A stretch of 64,000 nt of DNA, taken from positions 1-64,000 of the forward strand of contig CAWBBV010000004.1 in assembly GCA_963787125.1 (NCBI GenBank), given 5' to 3'. The notes under the pieces are model-generated. The model did no database searches and was not told the origin of the DNA. It saw nothing but the letters and a program-made list of their open reading frames with translations. The position numbers and the translations under genes were made by a program. The stretch comes from an uncultured delta proteobacterium (GTDB lineage Bacteria > Desulfobacterota > Desulfuromonadia > Geobacterales > DSM-12255). Of this stretch, positions 39,481-49,813 are shown piece by piece (the first letter of the stretch is position 1; each line of letters starts with the position of its first letter).

Positions 39481-40230
39481 ATGAACGTAACTGACATAAA
39501 ACTGCTGCTGGAGCAGGTACAGAGCGGCAACCAGAGTATCGACGAAGCGCTGGAGCGCTTGCGCCATCTCCCGTTCGAAGATCTGGGCGATGCAATCATC
39601 GATCATCACCGGAGCCTGCGCCAGGGGTTTCCGGAAGTAATTTTCGGCGCAAACAAGCGGGTCGATCAGATTGAACGGATCATCACCGCGCTTCTTGCCA
39701 AAGGAAACAACATCCTCGCCACCCGACTGGAAGAAGATAAAGCGCAGCAGTTGCTCAAAGCCTTCCCGGAAGCCACCTGGCACAGCGATGCCCGTTGCCT
39801 GACCATCGAGAAAAACCCGGTGGCAATAACCGGCAGAGGGACGATTCTGGTGATCTCGGCGGGCACCTCGGATATTCCGGTGGCAGCCGAGGCGGTTGTG
39901 ACCGCAAAAATCATGGGAAATCATGTGGAGCAGCTCTTTGATGTCGGCGTTGCCGGACTGCACCGCCTTCTGGCCCGCAAGGATCTGCTTTTCTCGGCCT
40001 CCGTCCTGATCGTTGTGGCAGGTATGGAAGGGGCGCTGCCATCCGTTGTAGGCGGCCTTGTCAACCGGCCGGTCATAGCAGTACCGACCTCTGTCGGCTA
40101 CGGCGCGGCTTTCGGCGGCGTCGCCGCTCTTTTGGGGATGCTCAATTCCTGTGCTTCCGGGGTGACGGTGGTCAATATCGACAACGGTTTCGGGGCGGGG
40201 TACGCAGCGAGTCTCATGAACAGGGAGTGA
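39481..40230 (+). CDS. larB: nickel pincer cofactor biosynthesis protein LarB
   Basis: [50 protein letters not shown]. Confidence 0.92.
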   Translation: MNVTDIKLLLEQVQSGNQSIDEALERLRHLPFEDLGDAIIDHHRSLRQGFPEVIFGANKRVDQIERIITALLAKGNNILATRLEEDKAQQLLKAFPEATWHSDARCLTIEKNPVAITGRGTILVISAGTSDIPVAAEAVVTAKIMGNHVEQLFDVGVAGLHRLLARKDLLFSASVLIVVAGMEGALPSVVGGLVNRPVIAVPTSVGYGAAFGGVAALLGMLNSCASGVTVVNIDNGFGAGYAASLMNRE

Positions 40231-40406
40231 CCGTTGGCTGTTGCCTGCATTCGTGCTGCGGAGCTGTTTCTGTAATTCTAGGCTCATTTCGCTACAGCAG
40301 ATAAACTCGCTGCGCTCAGACAATATCTGCTGCTTAACGCTCCATTTCTCCAAGAATTAAGACGAAACACCCCCAATGCACTCATTTCGACAACAGCCAA
40401 CGGTCA
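40228..40406. mobile_element. 179-bp MITE-like nested-hairpin element
   Basis: Perfect 16-bp terminal IR TGACCGTTGGCTGTTG/CAACAGCCAACGGTCA, plus nested pairs TGCATT/AATGCA, TAATTCT/AGAATTA and CAGCAGATA/TATCTGCTG. Confidence 0.65.
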
Positions 40407-40434
40407 GACAGATCACACTCAAAGGAATTATTTC

Positions 40435-41214
40435 ATGCTTACTGTAACTATAGAAAAAGTCCATTTTGTCGGTGCCGGACCGGGCGATGCCGAGCTGATA
40501 ACCGTCAAAGGGGCACGGCTGCTCTCTGAGGCTGATGTTGTCGTTTATACCGGCAGCCTTGTGGACCGGGAGCTGGTAAAAAGGTACGCGCCAAACGCTC
40601 GCTTTCTCGACTCGGCCTCAATGAACCTTGAAGAAACAACCGCCGCCCTCGCTGAGGCTGTTGCCGCCGGCCAGCAGGCCGTCAGATTGCACACCGGCGA
40701 CCCCTCAATTTACGGCGCAATCCAGGAGCAGATGGCGGCACTCGACCAGCTTGGCATAAGCTATGAGGTCGTCCCCGGCGTTACCAGCGCTTTTGCGGCC
40801 GCAGCAACCCTGAAGCAGGAGTTGACTCTCCCCTCGGTAACCCAGACGGTCATTATCACCCGGATTGCGGGGCGGACACCGGTACCGGAACGGGAAAAAC
40901 TCTCCAACATCGCCGCAATCGGCGCAACCATGGTGATCTATCTTTCTGTGGGGATGATTGCAGAGGTCGTTGCGGAGCTGCTGCAGGGCGCCTATACGCC
41001 TGCCACACCGGTGGCGGTAGTTGCCAAGGCGTCCTGGCAGGATGAGCAGACCATTGAAGGCACCCTTGCTGATATTGCGGACAAGGTCAAAGCCGCCGGT
41101 ATCGGCAAACAGGCGCTTATAATCGTTGGCGATGTACTGAAGGCACGGAAGGAAGGTGTTCCCGAGCTTTCCAAACTTTACGATAAAAATTTCAGCCATG
41201 GCTGCAGAGCTTGA
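40435..41214 (+). CDS. cobM: precorrin-4 C11-methyltransferase (CobM/CbiF)
   Basis: FVGAGPGDAELIT, YTGSLV, RLHTGDPSIYGAIQEQ, SKLYDKNFSH. Confidence 0.93.
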   Translation: MLTVTIEKVHFVGAGPGDAELITVKGARLLSEADVVVYTGSLVDRELVKRYAPNARFLDSASMNLEETTAALAEAVAAGQQAVRLHTGDPSIYGAIQEQMAALDQLGISYEVVPGVTSAFAAAATLKQELTLPSVTQTVIITRIAGRTPVPEREKLSNIAAIGATMVIYLSVGMIAEVVAELLQGAYTPATPVAVVAKASWQDEQTIEGTLADIADKVKAAGIGKQALIIVGDVLKARKEGVPELSKLYDKNFSHGCRA

Positions 41215-41315
41215 AGCCGCTAAAATAAAGCCCGCAAGCAACTGCGGGCAATACAACCGTTGCCGGAATCAAAGCCAGATCCATTATCCTTCGGTGCAGT
41301 AATTCCTTCACCGAA

Positions 41316-42962
41316 TCAGAGACCGCTGTCGTTCTGCTCCCCTGTTGGCGGCCCAGCCGCAGGAGCGCTGAACAGGATCAGGCTGATCCGGTCGCCAACC
41401 CGCTTGAAGGTGAACTGCAGACCATGGTCAAAAGCCAACAACGCCACCGGCGGGAGCTGTCCAGGATCGCGCAGATAAAAGAGCACCCGGTTCCCTTTAG
41501 CAAGGGTATCGAGAAATGATTCGGTGACTTCGAATTCCAGCTGACCCTGTTCTGCGGTCAGATCTACCAGATCCCCCTCATCACTGTTGATGACGACCTT
41601 GCCGAGATTAATCCGCGTACCGGTAATGTCACTTTCACTCTCCGGCCGGGCGGTTTCCGGCGCCGCCGCGATGATCATGCCTGCTGCTACGGTGGCATTG
41701 GTAAAACGATCAATAACAATAAAGCTGCCGGTATGCCGGTTCTGCTGGTAGGGATCAACAGCTGCCGGACGATCCAGTTCCAGGCGGGCGACGCCGATGC
41801 CGTTCAGGCCGAGCGTCGTTGCCGCTTTCTTTTCCAGAGTATTGACATCCACCAGATGATCCAGACTGGTGATCCGCCCGGGGATCAGGGTGGTAGCGGT
41901 TTTAACAAGATAACTCTGCCCGGCCTTGAGCGGCTCGTCATGAAACCAGACCAGATGCGCCACCAGACTCCGGGTATAGAGCGGTGGCGCGTCGCTCGCG
42001 GCCAGCACTTCTCCCCGGCTGATATCAATCTCGTCCGCCAGGGTGAGGGTGATTGCCTGACCGGCAACCGCCTCATTCAGGTCGCCATTCATGGTGACGA
42101 TCCGCGCCACCCGGCTGGTCCGGCCGGAGGAGGCGACCCGCAGCTCGTCGCCGGGACGGACAGTCCCCGAGGCGACCGTCCCGCAGAAACCACGGAAGTC
42201 AAGGTTGGGACGGTTCACCCACTGAACCGGCAGCCGAAACGGTTTTCCCCTGCCGTCATCCTCGATCTGCACTGTTTCCAGATAATTAAGGAGCGTCGGG
42301 CCGGCATACCAGGGGGTGTTGGCGCTCGGCTCGATCATGTTGTCGCCCCCTAAGGCCGAAATCGGGATGGCGGCAATAGAGGCAAAGCCGAGCGGGACGG
42401 CAAACTGCTGGTAGTCGCGGCGGATCGCTTCAAACTTCTGTTCGTCGAAATCGATCAGATCCATCTTGTTGATGGCCAGGACAATATGCTTGATACCGAC
42501 CAGTGAGACCAGATAGCTGTGACGCCGCGTCTGGGTCAGAAGCCCTTTGCGGGCATCCACCAGGATAACCGCCACCTGGGCGGTGGAGGCTCCGGTCACC
42601 ATGTTGCGGGTATACTGTTCGTGGCCGGGGGTGTCGGCAACTATAAACTTGCGCACATCTGTGGAAAAGTAGCGGTAAGCCACGTCAATGGTGATCCCCT
42701 GCTCCCGTTCCGCCTGAAGCCCGTCCAGAAGGAGGGCATAGTCGATGGCTCCCCCCTGGGTGCCGACCTTTTTGCTGTCAGCTTCAAGCGCTGCCAGCTG
42801 GTCCTCGAAGACCATCTTGGAATCCCACAAAAGCCGGCCGATAAGGGTGCTCTTGCCGTCATCGACGCTGCCGCAGGTGATGAAGCGAAGCAGCGATTTT
42901 TCTTCCTGGCTTTTGAGATAGGCGAGGATATCTTTTTCTATCAAATCAGATTGGTGTGCCAT
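41316..42962 (-). CDS. cysN: sulfate adenylyltransferase subunit 1 with an atypical C-terminal extension
   Basis: GSVDDGKSTLIGRLL, AEREQGITIDVAYRYF, DTPGHEQY, NKMD. Confidence 0.95.
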   Translation of the reverse strand: MAHQSDLIEKDILAYLKSQEEKSLLRFITCGSVDDGKSTLIGRLLWDSKMVFEDQLAALEADSKKVGTQGGAIDYALLLDGLQAEREQGITIDVAYRYFSTDVRKFIVADTPGHEQYTRNMVTGASTAQVAVILVDARKGLLTQTRRHSYLVSLVGIKHIVLAINKMDLIDFDEQKFEAIRRDYQQFAVPLGFASIAAIPISALGGDNMIEPSANTPWYAGPTLLNYLETVQIEDDGRGKPFRLPVQWVNRPNLDFRGFCGTVASGTVRPGDELRVASSGRTSRVARIVTMNGDLNEAVAGQAITLTLADEIDISRGEVLAASDAPPLYTRSLVAHLVWFHDEPLKAGQSYLVKTATTLIPGRITSLDHLVDVNTLEKKAATTLGLNGIGVARLELDRPAAVDPYQQNRHTGSFIVIDRFTNATVAAGMIIAAAPETARPESESDITGTRINLGKVVINSDEGDLVDLTAEQGQLEFEVTESFLDTLAKGNRVLFYLRDPGQLPPVALLAFDHGLQFTFKRVGDRISLILFSAPAAGPPTGEQNDSGL

Positions 42963-43867
42963 TAGAAATACCCCTCCTGTTTCTTCTTTTCCATCGACCC
43001 GGCCTGATCATGGTCGATCAACCGCCCCTGCCGCTCCGAAGTGCGGGTCAGCAGCATCTCCTGGATGATTCCAGGGAGAGTGTCGGCGGTAGATTCAACG
43101 GCAGCGGTCAGGGGGTAGCAACCAAGGGTGCGGAAGCGGACCGATTTGTACTGCACCTTTTCCCCGGCCTTAAGCTCCAGACGATCATCATCCACCATGA
43201 TCAGCATGCCGTCCCGCTCCACAACGGGCCGGACAGCGGCATAATAAAGCGGTACGATCGGGATGTTCTCCAGCTGGATATACTGCCAGACATCCAGCTC
43301 GGTCCAATTGGAGATGGGGAAAACCCGAATGCTTTCCCCAGGCCTTATGCGGGTATTGAACAGATTCCAGAGCTCGGGGCGCTGGTTTTTAGGATCCCAG
43401 CGGTGATGCTCGCTGCGGAAGGAGAAGATCCGCTCCTTGGCCCGGGATTTTTCTTCATCCCGGCGGGCGCCGCCAAAAGCGGCGTCGAACTTGTAGCGAT
43501 CCAGTGCCTGCTTTAGCCCTTCAGTTTTCATGACATCGGTATAAAGCGACGAGCCGTGACTGAAAGGGGAAACCCCTCGGCTCACCCCTTCCTCGTTCAC
43601 ATGAACAATCAGGTCGAGTCCGCATTCGGCCGCCATCCGGTCGCGAAACTGGATCATCTCGCGGAATTTCCAGGTAGTGTCCACGTGCAACAGGGAGAAT
43701 GGGGGCGGAGCCGGATAAAACGCCTTGCGGGCCAGATGGAGCATCACCGCCGAGTCCTTGCCGATAGAGTAGAGCATCACCGGATTGCCGAATTCGGCCA
43801 CAACTTCGCGGATGATGTGGATGCTTTCGGCTTCCAGCTGCTGCAGGTGGGTCAGATTTACTTTCAT
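42962..43867 (-). CDS. cysD: sulfate adenylyltransferase subunit 2
   Basis: [35 protein letters not shown] at 43867 after AAGGAG. Confidence 0.96.
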   Translation of the reverse strand: MKVNLTHLQQLEAESIHIIREVVAEFGNPVMLYSIGKDSAVMLHLARKAFYPAPPPFSLLHVDTTWKFREMIQFRDRMAAECGLDLIVHVNEEGVSRGVSPFSHGSSLYTDVMKTEGLKQALDRYKFDAAFGGARRDEEKSRAKERIFSFRSEHHRWDPKNQRPELWNLFNTRIRPGESIRVFPISNWTELDVWQYIQLENIPIVPLYYAAVRPVVERDGMLIMVDDDRLELKAGEKVQYKSVRFRTLGCYPLTAAVESTADTLPGIIQEMLLTRTSERQGRLIDHDQAGSMEKKKQEGYF

Positions 43868-43887
43868 TTGTTTCTCCTTCGTTAAAA

Positions 43888-43977
43888 CAGGTAACGGCAT
43901 AGGTAAAGGTAGAGGTAGAGAAAAGGCAAAATCAAGGGTTCGGTTTTTTTCTTTACCTTTACCTTTACCGTTACCTG
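43888..43977. repeat. intergenic inverted-repeat element with 6-nt periodic arms
   Basis: GGTAAC GGCATA GGTAAA GGTAGA GGTAGA ... TTTACC TTTACC TTTACC GTTACC. Confidence 0.8.
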
Positions 43978-43982
43978 ACGCC

Positions 43983-44660
43983 TTAGCGTCGATGCAATCC
44001 GCACTCTTTATGTTCCGGGTTCTCCCACCACCACCGCCCAGCCCGGCAATCCTCCCCCTCCAGCAGCGCCCTGGTGCAGGGCGCGCAGCCGATTGAACAG
44101 TAGCCCTGACTGTAGAGACGGTTTTTTGGCAAGCTGTTTTCAGCAACATAGTCGTTCAGAGTCTGCTCGCTCCAGTCGATAAGCGGATTTATCTTCACAA
44201 TGCCGCCATTCAGCTCATCCCGCTCGATTGACTTCAAATCGCTACGGGTCGGGCTCTGTTGACGACGCATGCCGGTTACCCAGCCGTTCAAATCGGCAAG
44301 GGCCCGTGAGAGCGGCTCCACCTTGCGGATAGCGCAGCATTCATGGCGGTTCTCCAGCGATTCGCGGAAGGAGTAAAGCCCTTTGTCCCGCTCCAGTTTT
44401 TCCACTGCTTCATGTCTCGGGAAATACCAGTCGATCTTCAGGCGATAGCGCTCGGTCAGGGCTTCAGCAACTTCATAAGTTTCTTCATTGAGACGGCCGG
44501 TGTCGAGGGCGAAAACAGCCAGCGGCAGACCGGCTTTGTGGGCAATATGGATGATTACCACATCTTCCAGAGAGAAGGAGCAGGCCAGGGAGACTTTACC
44601 CTTGGCAGCGGCGATGCCGGTGTTGAGTATATCGTTTGTTTGCTCGATTTTGTTCTTCAT
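43983..44660 (-). CDS. cysH: [4Fe-4S] APS reductase
   Basis: [37 protein letters not shown]. Confidence 0.93.
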   Translation of the reverse strand: MKNKIEQTNDILNTGIAAAKGKVSLACSFSLEDVVIIHIAHKAGLPLAVFALDTGRLNEETYEVAEALTERYRLKIDWYFPRHEAVEKLERDKGLYSFRESLENRHECCAIRKVEPLSRALADLNGWVTGMRRQQSPTRSDLKSIERDELNGGIVKINPLIDWSEQTLNDYVAENSLPKNRLYSQGYCSIGCAPCTRALLEGEDCRAGRWWWENPEHKECGLHRR

Positions 44661-44673
44661 AAGAGACCCTTTG

Positions 44674-46125
44674 TTAAATTTTCAATCCAATGAGCGGCCA
44701 GACGAACATGGCCGAAGCGAGAAACAGCACCCAGGAGATCGCCATGATCACCGTGCCGGAGACGATAATATCACGACTCTTGAGATAGCCGGAGCCATAG
44801 ACAATTGCCGTTGCCGGGGTCCCCATGGGGAGGCAGTAGGCCAGTCCTGCCGGTAGAGCGATGGCCAGAGTTATCACCCGGGGATCTATACCGGTCCCCT
44901 TGGCCAGTCCCAGACCGATCGGCATGAGAATCGCCACAACCGCCGCATGGCTGATGCACTCGGTCAGGATTATTGCCACCAGCGAGATGACAGCTATGAT
45001 GACCAGCGGCGACGGGTTGAAAGCCGTCAGCCCCTTGTTAACCAGCCAGAGAGCGGCGCCGCTCTTCTCCAGGGCACTGGCCAGAGCAATTGAACCGCCG
45101 TACATGAGGATGATCCCCCAGTTAACGTATTCTTCAATTTTTTCCCATGAAATCACCCGGAAAGCAAACAGAGCTGCTGTCGCCAGAATGGCAATGTTTG
45201 CCAGTCCCAGCTGTCGCCCGAAAAACATCCAGCTGACGATGGTCATGCCGACGATGATCGCCGTGATCAGCTCGTTGGCCGATAATTTCCCCATCTCCAG
45301 ACGCCGGCGACTGAGAAACTGTCGCCCCTTGTTGACATTCTCGATATCGACCGGAAAGAAACGGATCAGCAGTCCGAAACCGATGATGAGCAGCGGCGCA
45401 ACGATCATGATTGCTGCCAAGGTCCATTCCGCAAAAGAGAAATCGAGACCGGTTCCCTCGCGGAGCATGCCGACTGCCAGCGGTGCCCTTGCCCCGCCCA
45501 GAAAGGTGGCGATCCCTCCGATGATGCATCCCCAGGCGATAGACATGAAAAGAAGACGGGCATAGCTGCTTTTGCCGGGCTTAAGCTCCAGACTGTCAGC
45601 AATCTCGGTCACCACCGGAAAGAGCATGGCAGCAACGGCATGTTCACTCATGCAGAAAGAGAGTCCGGCTGCCAGGAAAAAGACCGTCATAGCAAGACGG
45701 CGAGGGGTGCTGCCGTAACGGGCAAGCATGGTGCGAGCAAGGCGTGCCGACAGGCCGGTGCCGGTCATGGCCGCCGCCAGGATAAAGGCGCCGAGGATAA
45801 AGAAAACCGCCTCGTTGCCAAACTGGGAAAAGACCTGCTTCTCGCTCATGATCCCGAAGAGCGGCAGTAGTGCCATGGAGAGGAGCGCCGTAACGGCCAT
45901 CGGCAGAATCCCCGTAACCCAGAGAAAAATACTGCCGGCGAAAAGAAGCAGCGAGCGGTAGCCTTGCACGCTCAATCCATCCGGGGGAGAAAACTGGAAA
46001 AGAACGCCGATGACGATGATCAGACCTGCCAGCACCTGATAGCGACTGGTGCGATCGACCAGGATCAACCATAGCGGTCGATTATCAATCTTGAGCGGTT
46101 TGTCCAGCGCTGATTTTTCCATCAC
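44674..46125 (-). CDS. SLC13/DASS family anion transporter (probable sulfate permease)
   Basis: Many TM segments; MSEHA, IGGIATFLGGAR, LPMGTPATAI; lies within the cys cluster. Confidence 0.88.
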   Translation of the reverse strand: MMEKSALDKPLKIDNRPLWLILVDRTSRYQVLAGLIIVIGVLFQFSPPDGLSVQGYRSLLLFAGSIFLWVTGILPMAVTALLSMALLPLFGIMSEKQVFSQFGNEAVFFILGAFILAAAMTGTGLSARLARTMLARYGSTPRRLAMTVFFLAAGLSFCMSEHAVAAMLFPVVTEIADSLELKPGKSSYARLLFMSIAWGCIIGGIATFLGGARAPLAVGMLREGTGLDFSFAEWTLAAIMIVAPLLIIGFGLLIRFFPVDIENVNKGRQFLSRRRLEMGKLSANELITAIIVGMTIVSWMFFGRQLGLANIAILATAALFAFRVISWEKIEEYVNWGIILMYGGSIALASALEKSGAALWLVNKGLTAFNPSPLVIIAVISLVAIILTECISHAAVVAILMPIGLGLAKGTGIDPRVITLAIALPAGLAYCLPMGTPATAIVYGSGYLKSRDIIVSGTVIMAISWVLFLASAMFVWPLIGLKI

Positions 46126-46910
46126 AGCCCCGCCGAATCGAGGGAGTTTTCTGCCTGCTGCACCCGCAGATGCCTCCTGATGTCCGATCCCGCCAACTGC
46201 CGGCGATCGCGGAGCTTGTCAACGATCCCCCGGAAAAGCCCCGCCGGCTTCCGGGCCACAAGTGGTGTCAGGACGCTAATCAGGGGGAGATACGCCGCCA
46301 ACGGCACAGAAACACGCTCCCACCCGGCAACAAGGTGTGTCAGCAGAGCCTCAATCTCCTCCTGTGACAAGCGGCTCGATTGGGCGGAGAACTGCACCAG
46401 TGGCACAATCTCTTCTTTCAGCAGCATGTCGATGCGGTTTCTGGTTACGGCAGGCGCTTCAATCCCAAACTCCAGCGTTGAGGCCACACTCCAGCGGGGG
46501 AATACTTCCCAGGCCGTCTGCAGCGGTAGATTGCTACGGTCGCTACCGGGAAGGAACACCTGCGAAAGAATCAAATTGTCCACACCGGCGGCATAAATCC
46601 GCTCCAGAACATCGTCGTCTGCAGATAGATTTATGCTTGCCATGAGGCGAACGTTGAAATTTTTCTTGATCTGGCGAGCCATATCTACACCCTGTCGAAA
46701 TGTGCTTCTGCTGCCGAAGGTGAGATAGAATAGATCTGTGGCCTCTGTACAGAAGCTGCTGAACATCGTTTCCAGCGTTTCGTAAACCGGCAGTGTCCCG
46801 CCGACGAAGAATACACTCCGGTCGCGAAACAGCCGGTCTGCCGTCGGGATTTGCCGGTTACCGTCTATCATGGCGCTGAGCCTGCTTCTGTCAGTATGCA
46901 GATGGATCAT
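46122..46910 (-). CDS. hypothetical protein, possibly a degenerate radical-SAM-like barrel
   Basis: 262 aa; ATGA overlap with the permease; LERIYAAGVD segment; only one Cys. Confidence 0.65.
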   Translation of the reverse strand: MIHLHTDRSRLSAMIDGNRQIPTADRLFRDRSVFFVGGTLPVYETLETMFSSFCTEATDLFYLTFGSRSTFRQGVDMARQIKKNFNVRLMASINLSADDDVLERIYAAGVDNLILSQVFLPGSDRSNLPLQTAWEVFPRWSVASTLEFGIEAPAVTRNRIDMLLKEEIVPLVQFSAQSSRLSQEEIEALLTHLVAGWERVSVPLAAYLPLISVLTPLVARKPAGLFRGIVDKLRDRRQLAGSDIRRHLRVQQAENSLDSAGL

Positions 46911-47260
46911 TTTTCACCGGACACCATTAGGCTTAAATAGTCTGATGGTGCAGTAGTTTTTATTCTTAAAAAAACCTGCAGTCGTATACAAACTGCCACA
47001 ATAGCTAAAATCGTCTGCTGCTGATTCAAGTTATATACTAATAACGGCGTCCAGGTCAAGAATAAACAATATTATCCTATGGACTTTATGGATTATATCT
47101 TGAGACGGCTTCCCGAATCACTACATTAACTTTGACTGTTGACGGCATTTAATGGTAACTTGTCTCATAATTGGCCAGGATTACGCTGACTGACTCACAA
47201 ATAAAGACTAACGATCTATCAGGAATTGGTTGAACTACTGGGATTTCAGGGGGGGGTACG

Positions 47261-47620
47261 ATGGAAAGGTCGAAATTCATTCTGCACAAAGGAATTAAAA
47301 TCTACCAGCTTGATTGCAGTACCTGCCTGCCGGAAGATTACATGGCAATTATTGCCGAATGTGCCCGGACGGTTCAGTCGCAACCGAAGAAATCAGTCCT
47401 GACCCTGACCATTGCCGGGGGAGGACGCTTTGACAAGGATACGATTGGCCAGTTGATGATTCTCACCAGAGATAACGGGCCGTATGTCAAAAAATCGGCA
47501 GTTGTGGGGATTTCCGGCCTGCAAAAGATCGTGCTCCAGACAGTTTCAGCCTTCAGCAGCCGTGAATTCAGACTGTTTGACGATCTTGAGCAGGCCAAAG
47601 ACTATCTTGTCCTCGATTGA
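47261..47620 (+). CDS. SpoIIAA/STAS-like small protein
   Basis: KKSAVVG...FRLFDDLEQAKDYL C-terminal pattern. Confidence 0.7.
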   Translation: MERSKFILHKGIKIYQLDCSTCLPEDYMAIIAECARTVQSQPKKSVLTLTIAGGGRFDKDTIGQLMILTRDNGPYVKKSAVVGISGLQKIVLQTVSAFSSREFRLFDDLEQAKDYLVLD

Positions 47621-47675
47621 TATTTATCGTTGCTGCTAAGCTGACACCTGTTTGCCAGGCCCCGTAGCACCCTGG

Positions 47676-48983
47676 TCATTCATTCGCCCCGAATTGACGC
47701 AGCTGCTCACTCAACTCCTCAAGAGTCAACTGTTCCTGCACTTTTGTTCCAAGGCCGGCGCCGCTGCGACGGTATAGATCAAATCGTGGCGCTTTAACGC
47801 CATTTTCATCGCTCACCAGCCGTGAAGAGACAATCCCCATATCTGCCAATTGCGGCTGACTGCAAGAGTTACCGCACCCCGAGAGCGCCCAGGCAACACC
47901 TTTTGCCGCCGGATTCATCTCTTCAAGCAACACTTTTGCCACATCTCTGGTCGCGGTAAGCCCCATTTTACACTCATGGCTGCCGGGACAGACCCGGAAT
48001 ATGACCGGCGCAGCTGCTGTCGAAAAGGTGTCAGTCAGGGCTTTCAGCTCGGCTGCTGCACGGTCATGCTCAGCTGCGGCGGCCAGCGGAAAGGCAATAT
48101 CCTGATCTGCGGTAGCCTGCATGACGCCGTCAGCATTCCGGGCCGCAAACGCAGCCAGTTCGCGCAACAGAGCCGCAGTCAGCTGGCCGGCAAACACCGG
48201 CAGCACCAGCCTCTGCCCCCCTTCAGACGGCAGGGTCATGTTGTCGGCAAAACCGCCCCGGTTCGGCAGCTCCTCACCGTAAGCCGGTTCAGCTGCAATC
48301 AGTCGCCGTAATTCATTCTCGCCGAACTGGGCCGCGAGAAACTTCAGCCGCTTGGGTGGCGGCGCCAAACGCCCGTAAACCGTAACAATCGCTTCGATGA
48401 TCGGGATGAGCCGCTCTTCCCGAACCGCTTGCGCCAGCAGAAATCCGGCCTGCGGCTCCCGCCCCAGGCCACCTGCAATCCAGATGTCGTAGCTGCTGCC
48501 ATCGGCATCACTCCCGGCAAATACCAGCCCTACATCCTGAATCAGGTGCCGGCCGCCAAGTGTATCAGCTTCTATGCCGATCTTGAATTTTTTCGGTAGC
48601 CCCTCAAAATGCGGATTACCGGTGAAATGCCGGTGGAGACGCCGTGCCAGCGATTCCAGCAGAGGAAATCCGGCGGCATCCTGACTTGAGCAGGTGATGC
48701 CCCGGACTGCGCCGCCACAGGCGCCGCGGGAAGTAAGGCCGAATTTGGCAAGCTCCTGCTTGACGAGCGGCAGATCAGCCCCCTTGAGCCAGTGGATTTC
48801 CATGCTGCCGCGGGAGGTCAGATGGACGCTCCCCTTGCCGAACCTGTCCGCCAGATCGGCCACACAACGTGCCTGTGGCGCTGAGACAACCCCGGCCGGC
48901 AGCTTTACCCGCTGCATGAAAAAATCTGCCTGACGCTGCTGGTATATCCCTTCAATACGAACTTTCTGCAGATCGATACTCAC
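47676..48983 (-). CDS. nitrite/sulfite reductase hemoprotein
   Basis: QRVKLPAG, HLTSRG, LPKKFKI, IAGGLG, CPGSHEC...SGCGNSC. Confidence 0.88.
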   Translation of the reverse strand: MSIDLQKVRIEGIYQQRQADFFMQRVKLPAGVVSAPQARCVADLADRFGKGSVHLTSRGSMEIHWLKGADLPLVKQELAKFGLTSRGACGGAVRGITCSSQDAAGFPLLESLARRLHRHFTGNPHFEGLPKKFKIGIEADTLGGRHLIQDVGLVFAGSDADGSSYDIWIAGGLGREPQAGFLLAQAVREERLIPIIEAIVTVYGRLAPPPKRLKFLAAQFGENELRRLIAAEPAYGEELPNRGGFADNMTLPSEGGQRLVLPVFAGQLTAALLRELAAFAARNADGVMQATADQDIAFPLAAAAEHDRAAAELKALTDTFSTAAAPVIFRVCPGSHECKMGLTATRDVAKVLLEEMNPAAKGVAWALSGCGNSCSQPQLADMGIVSSRLVSDENGVKAPRFDLYRRSGAGLGTKVQEQLTLEELSEQLRQFGANE

Positions 48984-49000
48984 ATCAATCCCCTTTGTCT

Positions 49001-49813
49001 TTATAGTATTTCATTCATGCTGCCGCTGCGGAACCCCTGCAAATCAAGGGCAACATAGGTAAAGCCGGCGGCCTTGAAATACGCCACGATCTGCTCTCGC
49101 AAAGGCGCTGCCACCAGCCGCCCGATATCGGAACTGCTCACCTCGATCCGGGCGGTGTCGTCATGGTAACGAACCCGGAAGACGGCAAACCCCTTGTCAC
49201 GCAGAAAAGTTTCGCACGCTTCAACCTGCCTTAATCTCTGCACCGAAATAGTTGTGCCGTAAGGGAAGCGACTGGCAAGGCAGGCAAGTGGCTGCCTGTT
49301 CCAGGTTGGGAGGCCAAATGCGCGACTGGCAGCCCGGATTTCATCCTTGGTCAGACCGGCCTCCAGCAACGGACTTTTGATATTCATCTCTTCCAGCGCC
49401 TTGCGCCCTGGTCGGTAGTCTTGCAGGTCATCAACATTGCTGCCGTCTGCAATCACGGCAAGCTCAAGCTCTCCGGCTATCTTGATTGCCCCTCCGTAAA
49501 TAACCTGCTTGCAGAGATAACAGCGATTGACCGGGTTGGCGGCAAATTCGGGATTGTCCAGTTCATCCGCTTCCAGAACAACATGCCTGACACCAAGCTG
49601 CCTGGCCAACTCCCGCGCCTCGGTCAACTCCCAGGACTGGTGGAGCGGCGACGCCTCCGTAAAGGCGACAGCCTGGTTTCCCAGTGTGTCAACAGCGACT
49701 TTCAACAGTAATGATGAATCGACACCTCCTGAAAAGGCGACCAGCACAGAACCGTAGCCCCTCAGGATAGTGGTTAACTTTTCGAGTTTTTCATCGAGAT
49801 CAGTTCTGCTCAT
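49001..49813 (-). CDS. larE: ATP-dependent sulfur transferase LarE
   Basis: PP-loop SGGVDS, NRCYLCK, DYRPG, ACLASRFPYG, GFRSGSMN. Confidence 0.9.
   Translation of the reverse strand: MSRTDLDEKLEKLTTILRGYGSVLVAFSGGVDSSLLLKVAVDTLGNQAVAFTEASPLHQSWELTEARELARQLGVRHVVLEADELDNPEFAANPVNRCYLCKQVIYGGAIKIAGELELAVIADGSNVDDLQDYRPGRKALEEMNIKSPLLEAGLTKDEIRAASRAFGLPTWNRQPLACLASRFPYGTTISVQRLRQVEACETFLRDKGFAVFRVRYHDDTARIEVSSSDIGRLVAAPLREQIVAYFKAAGFTYVALDLQGFRSGSMNEIL

Noticed and set aside
43868..44149. N-terminal extension of the CysD ORF ([10 protein letters not shown])
   Set aside because: Read-through of the cysH 3' end and the 6-nt repeat element; the true start with an RBS is at 43867
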